A DNA stretch of 63,481 nucleotides, the filler included, from Globobulimina sp. (lineage: Eukaryota), in NCBI GenBank assembly GCA_003354225.1. It is 36 parts of 36 records of this genome, joined end to end, with 100 filler letters (N's around TTAATTAATTAA, not from the genome) between each part and the next. Parts side by side here need not be neighbours in the genome. Positions count along the whole stretch, not along the records: positions 58,288 to 59,952 come from PIVH01013419.1; positions 60,053 to 61,717 come from PIVH01013420.1; positions 61,818 to 63,481 come from PIVH01013421.1; 33 more parts are not named here. One strand, 5' to 3'. Of the stretch, positions 59,418-63,481 are shown one piece after another; the first letter of the stretch is position 1; every line of letters begins with the position of its first letter. The notes beneath the pieces were generated by a model, which was not told the origin of the DNA, did not search any database, and saw nothing but the letters and a program-made list of their open reading frames with translations. The position numbers and the translations under genes were made by a program.

Positions 59418-59952
59418 TCACATTCTAACATTTAACAGTGAAGGATAATTCTCATGTATGTAATCTGAAACGGAATCAAAGGTAAGACCACAGTCCCGAT
59501 TCATAAATGGATATATTTCTTTCAAAAGAGTTGGATCGTCTTTCAACTCTCTGGGATAGTCACAGATGGCGCATTTGAAATACCCCATTTTGGGGCAAAA
59601 ACGTCGAAGTCCTTTTTTTGTTTGTTGGTATGTTCTCATGGCATGATCTTGATCACTTCTGATCCCTCTGACTATGGGTCTTCTTTCTGTCTCGTCTTCA
59701 ATGTCGAAAACTGTGGAGAGATAATTTCCAAGTTTTAGAACTTCCAAGTTTTCGAATGTGTGTGAAATACCTGAAATATACACTATTAGACTTTCACGAT
59801 AAAAAATCGTTATCTAACCTTTGCATGCGATCTTGGCCGTTCCTTTTGTGCTGGCGATCTGATACGTTTTTGAGGCTAGACCAACAAATACCTCCCCCTC
59901 TTGTTCCAACTTCAGTAGCAATGGTTTGAGACTGTCGGAATCTTTAGTAACA
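59418..59952 (-). mobile_element. Protein-primed family B DNA polymerase C-terminus (Polinton/Maverick/adintovirus-like), with a 48-nt intron
   Basis: Spliced translation DSLKPLLLKLEQEGEVFVGLASKTYQI...KIACK|GI...YLSTVF...VRGIRS...MRTYQQTKKGLRRFCPK. Intron 59771-59818 (GTTAGA...TTTCAG) holds an in-frame stop. Confidence 0.7.
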
Positions 59953-60052
59953 NNNNNNNNNNNNNNNNNNNNNNNNNNNNNNNNNNNNNNNNNNNNTTAA
60001 TTAATTAANNNNNNNNNNNNNNNNNNNNNNNNNNNNNNNNNNNNNNNNNNNN

Positions 60053-60384
60053 AACCAGTCATATTATCATTGTTTACAAACTTAGAAAAAATCTTATTTT
60101 ATACAACTGATAGTGATGGTGGTCGTAAAACATTTCCATTTTTATTATCATCATTTTTTAGTTTATTTTGGGGAGATATTTTGTTTAAACATAAATCATT
60201 GAAAAGTATACAAATAAAAGCAACACATAAATATGAAGGAGGTCGTAGTTGGATTTATAATGAATATATTTTAATGAATAAAGAATTAAATCAATTAAAT
60301 CAAACACAATTTAAAATATCATTAAATATCACAAAAAATTCATATAATAAAAAAGAAGATACCTTATGTATTGACAGATTGTAA
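60053..60384 (+). CDS. C-terminal end of a protein resembling the ART-like family tails
   Basis: ILSLFTNLEKI...SLKSIQI parallels LLLFPNLNQI (46242 ORF) and STLFPFVETI (555 ORF). Confidence 0.45.
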
Positions 60385-60578
60385 TCTAAATTTTTGTTCT
60401 GGCCTATTACCATTTTTTTTGTTGAATTTGAAAAATGCCATTATTCTGACACTAAAAGCTGTTTTGCGAAAAAAGAAAATGACAAATTATATATAGTTGT
60501 CCATAATTATACAAATCAGTTAATAATATTGTGATCTTTATTTATTTTATATTTACAGTATGAATTTACATTAATTGA

Positions 60579-61717
60579 TTACATTTGCTTTGCTCTATTC
60601 GAGAATATTAGCGCCAAATAGGTCATCCCTCTGAACACGACTCCTATGACAAGCATACAAACCACATTGTTGTTATACACTGCGTCATCCACACTATATC
60701 CATAATATTCGCTTTGTGACGCTTTCATCGCATCAAACACTGCCGGCCATGCATTGATTTCCTTCATCCATAACGCTTCCTGCTGCCATCGAGCAAACGA
60801 CAAATTGGAAACAAATTTCATAATCGAGTTGAAACTGCTTAGCGTCGGCTCAAAGCCACACAAAAAATTCATAATCATCACAATAACAACGGACACTAAT
60901 ATCGATTTATTTGGGTCGACAATGACTGAAATGAATTGGCCCAAACCCTGCGCACAAAACATGCCTAAAACCAGCATCGAAAAGTAATAACGAAACAGGC
61001 CTCGCGGCAATGCCATGGGCCAATAAAATATGATAAATATCAATGGATGGAATAGGATCCACGGAGACGAAGCAACTGTGGCTCCCACATAATATGAGAA
61101 GCGGTTGATTCCCGACGATGAGAATCGCCAATACATAATTCTGTCATTTCCGAATGTCCGCAACGACACAATGCAGCCAACAATGGATGAGGTGATGATC
61201 AAATTGAATAAGTTCGAAGCTGCTTTGTCGAATGAATCTGAATCAGTGATATATCCAATGATAAATCCTATCAATGTTATCATAATAATGTCCGATATCA
61301 ATGTTGCTTTTTGCCTCCACGTTATTGTCACTGTCCGTTTTGTGCACATTGCAATTTGTTTGACAAAGGATATTCGAGTCCGAGCCACATATTTTGCATT
61401 GTCTTTGTACGTTTCCTCCAGAAAATTGCCACTAAACTCTGGGTTGACGTGCATAGTCCATTTGTTTTCGGTGTCCATTTCTTTCCACTTTTCAACTGTG
61501 ACAATGTACAAAAACAGAGATTGAATGCAATGAATAATTTAATAGCAAAAATGTACCTAAATCAGGTTGGTCTTTCTGTGCAAGGTCGACTGTTCCCGAT
61601 ACAATATCCATCATAAAATCTGCTGGATTCACTAAATCAGGTTTAACATATCCAAATTCTTCAAAATACGCCATTGCTTTCTCAGTATCTCCCATATAAA
61701 CCATCTTACCTTTAACA
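60579..61717 (-). CDS. ABCG-family half transporter, C-terminal part, 1 intron
   Basis: GKMVYMG...YF...NPADFMMD followed by an ABC2-type TMD. Intron 61496-61556 restores the frame. Confidence 0.9.
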
Positions 61718-61817
61718 NNNNNNNNNNNNNNNNNNNNNNNNNNNNNNNNNNNNNNNNNNNNTTAATTAATTAANNNNNNNNNNNNNNNNNNNNNNNNNNN
61801 NNNNNNNNNNNNNNNNN

Positions 61818-62378
61818 CACGTCATCACACAATACATTTTTGCTAATATCGTCCACTGCGGCCATTATTTTATATTTTCTTTTGCTTCGATCCATATTAA
61901 CATCATCTTGCCACAAACTACATTTTTTCAATGCATTTTCAATATTTTGCTCTTCTTTATTTATTTTATTTGATTGTGCACAAATTTCAGATTTCCTCTC
62001 CTTTTCAATGCTTTTTAATTGACGCAAAATTTCTTCTTTTTTTGCATCAATTCGTTGCAATAAATTGTTAAATGCTGACTCGATCTTTGCATGACAGGCT
62101 TTGATGTTTTTGGTCAGCGAATCATTGCATATTTTAATTTGTTGTTTATACTCTAATATTTGCGCCTTGTATTCATTTAATTTGTCGGTGGCCTCTTCCT
62201 CTTCTTTGCTGATATATATTCGGATTACTTTGCCTCTCATATTATTAATAACGGCACCGATTTGCTGTATTGCTGTCATGAGACTTGGAATAATATATGC
62301 TTTGCTGTGGAAATCTTTATCTGACATCAATTGAAAATATTCTGTTGATGTTATGTTTAATGCATAAATATTTGTCAT
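61818..62378 (-). CDS. Coiled-coil protein (B-box-associated coil-like), 3'-partial
   Basis: Heptad pattern KIESAFNNLLQRIDAKKEEILRQL. Confidence 0.55.
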
Positions 62379-62611
62379 TTTATGTTTCACCAATAACTGA
62401 ATGCTGCATCTGAACAATAACAGAGAATTATATATCAGTTTAACATTAGAGTGCAAACTGCAAACCTGTTGATAAAATGTATAATGTTAAAGTGAATGAC
62501 ATATATAGCATTGTTTGAGTGTTCATGTCGATAAACTGAAATTAGATGAAATTTCTAACTAGTTCGCTTTGATATGATTTAATTTGAAAAAAAAAAGATT
62601 ACAAAAACGCA

Positions 62612-63481
62612 TTACTTGGATTTTGTCATTGAATAATTGTAACCAAAATATAGCATGAACTGTTTACATTCTCTCAACATATAAGTAATGTGTTGCTGGT
62701 CCGGTGGTATTCGAACAGGATGGAGTCTTCCTGCCGTTTCCCAAATATTCATGTCACTGAAACGATTTATGAACGGCAGTATATCCAATGCCGTATTGCC
62801 ATTATTAAAAAACAATGAATACAATTTTGTTATAGTTTGATTAAATAAATCTTGTTGAATATTTTGGATAAATTCTTCTTGTTTCCATACATTGAATGTA
62901 TTCTTCTTGTTTCTATTGATTAAATATTGTAATCCATCCAATTGTTGCTGGCATATTTGATTTGTGTGGAATGCCCAATTGTTGTGGTGATAACTTAACC
63001 TCTTTCTTGATGGAATGTGTTTTATTGGATTTCTTATCAAATTTATAATTATTAAATTGGGATAATATTTCCATAAATATTTATATGACACATAACTATG
63101 ATAATGAATTGTTTTGAAAATTAAAACTTTTTTTGATAAACATTGGTCAGTCATATTACTATTATTATTATTTGCGAGCTGATTGATTGCCGTATTAATT
63201 CTAGAATGGATGGCTCTTTTTTGTTGGATTAAAAAGGTGCAATTAAACAAATTAATCAATGCAAAAGTTTGAATATCTCCGAAACTTATTGACATATTCT
63301 TTTCTGCATAAAAAGGTTCATATAAATGCATATTTCGAACGTGGGTCGGTTCAAACAAATATAAAACAGAATCCTTTCCGAAAAGTACTTCTCCGATAAA
63401 CTGAGAGATGTATGTTGTTCCAGAATGAGCATAGCCTGCAATCAATATGCGAGTAACATCACTTGTACTATTATTGTTAAC
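62612..63481 (-). CDS. Carbohydrate sulfotransferase-like protein, 5'-partial
   Basis: 5'-PSB AHSGTTY, YLFEP, 3'-PB INLIRNP and C-terminal C..FM..FGY. Confidence 0.8.
   Translation of the reverse strand, partial: VNNNSTSDVTRILIAGYAHSGTTYISQFIGEVLFGKDSVLYLFEPTHVRNMHLYEPFYAEKNMSISFGDIQTFALINLFNCTFLIQQKRAIHSRINTAINQLANNNNSNMTDQCLSKKVLIFKTIHYHSYVSYKYLWKYYPNLIIINLIRNPIKHIPSRKRLSYHHNNWAFHTNQICQQQLDGLQYLINRNKKNTFNVWKQEEFIQNIQQDLFNQTITKLYSLFFNNGNTALDILPFINRFSDMNIWETAGRLHPVRIPPDQQHITYMLRECKQFMLYFGYNYSMTKSK

Overview
This window is not a continuous locus. It is 36 short, unrelated contigs (1,667 down to 1,664 bp, sorted by length) joined by 35 artificial 100-bp spacers (44 N + TTAATTAATTAA + 44 N), so nothing can be inferred across a spacer. 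Most contigs are AT-rich eukaryotic nuclear DNA with short GT-AG introns (mostly 48-86 nt). A Retaria-type divergent alpha-tubulin and several expanded families (RCC1, ART-like, 7TM-RGS, divergent G-beta) point to a foraminiferan or other rhizarian. At least two pieces look bacterial: a NACHT plus tadA contig, and a sucrose-phosphate synthase fragment fused to the tubulin. Recognisable genes include MLH1, an O-fucosyltransferase, a P4HTM-like hydroxylase, SNF7/CHMP4, an ABCG transporter, histone H3 with a 3' stem-loop and tRNA-Ala(CGC). LINE-type RT/RNase H fragments and several MITE/foldback elements are also present. The strongest leads are (i) a Polinton/Maverick/adintovirus-type protein-primed DNA polymerase B C-terminus split by a 48-nt spliceosomal intron and partly missed by the ORF track, (ii) a secreted actinoporin-like protein fused to a UBA domain, (iii) a multi-copy ADP-ribosyltransferase-like family with an H-S-E signature, (iv) an 18-bp palindrome array with variable 13-bp linkers, (v) a contig that closes on itself, and (vi) a recurring single-base-missing frameshift in five contigs. 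All family calls come from motif recognition by eye; no searches were run.
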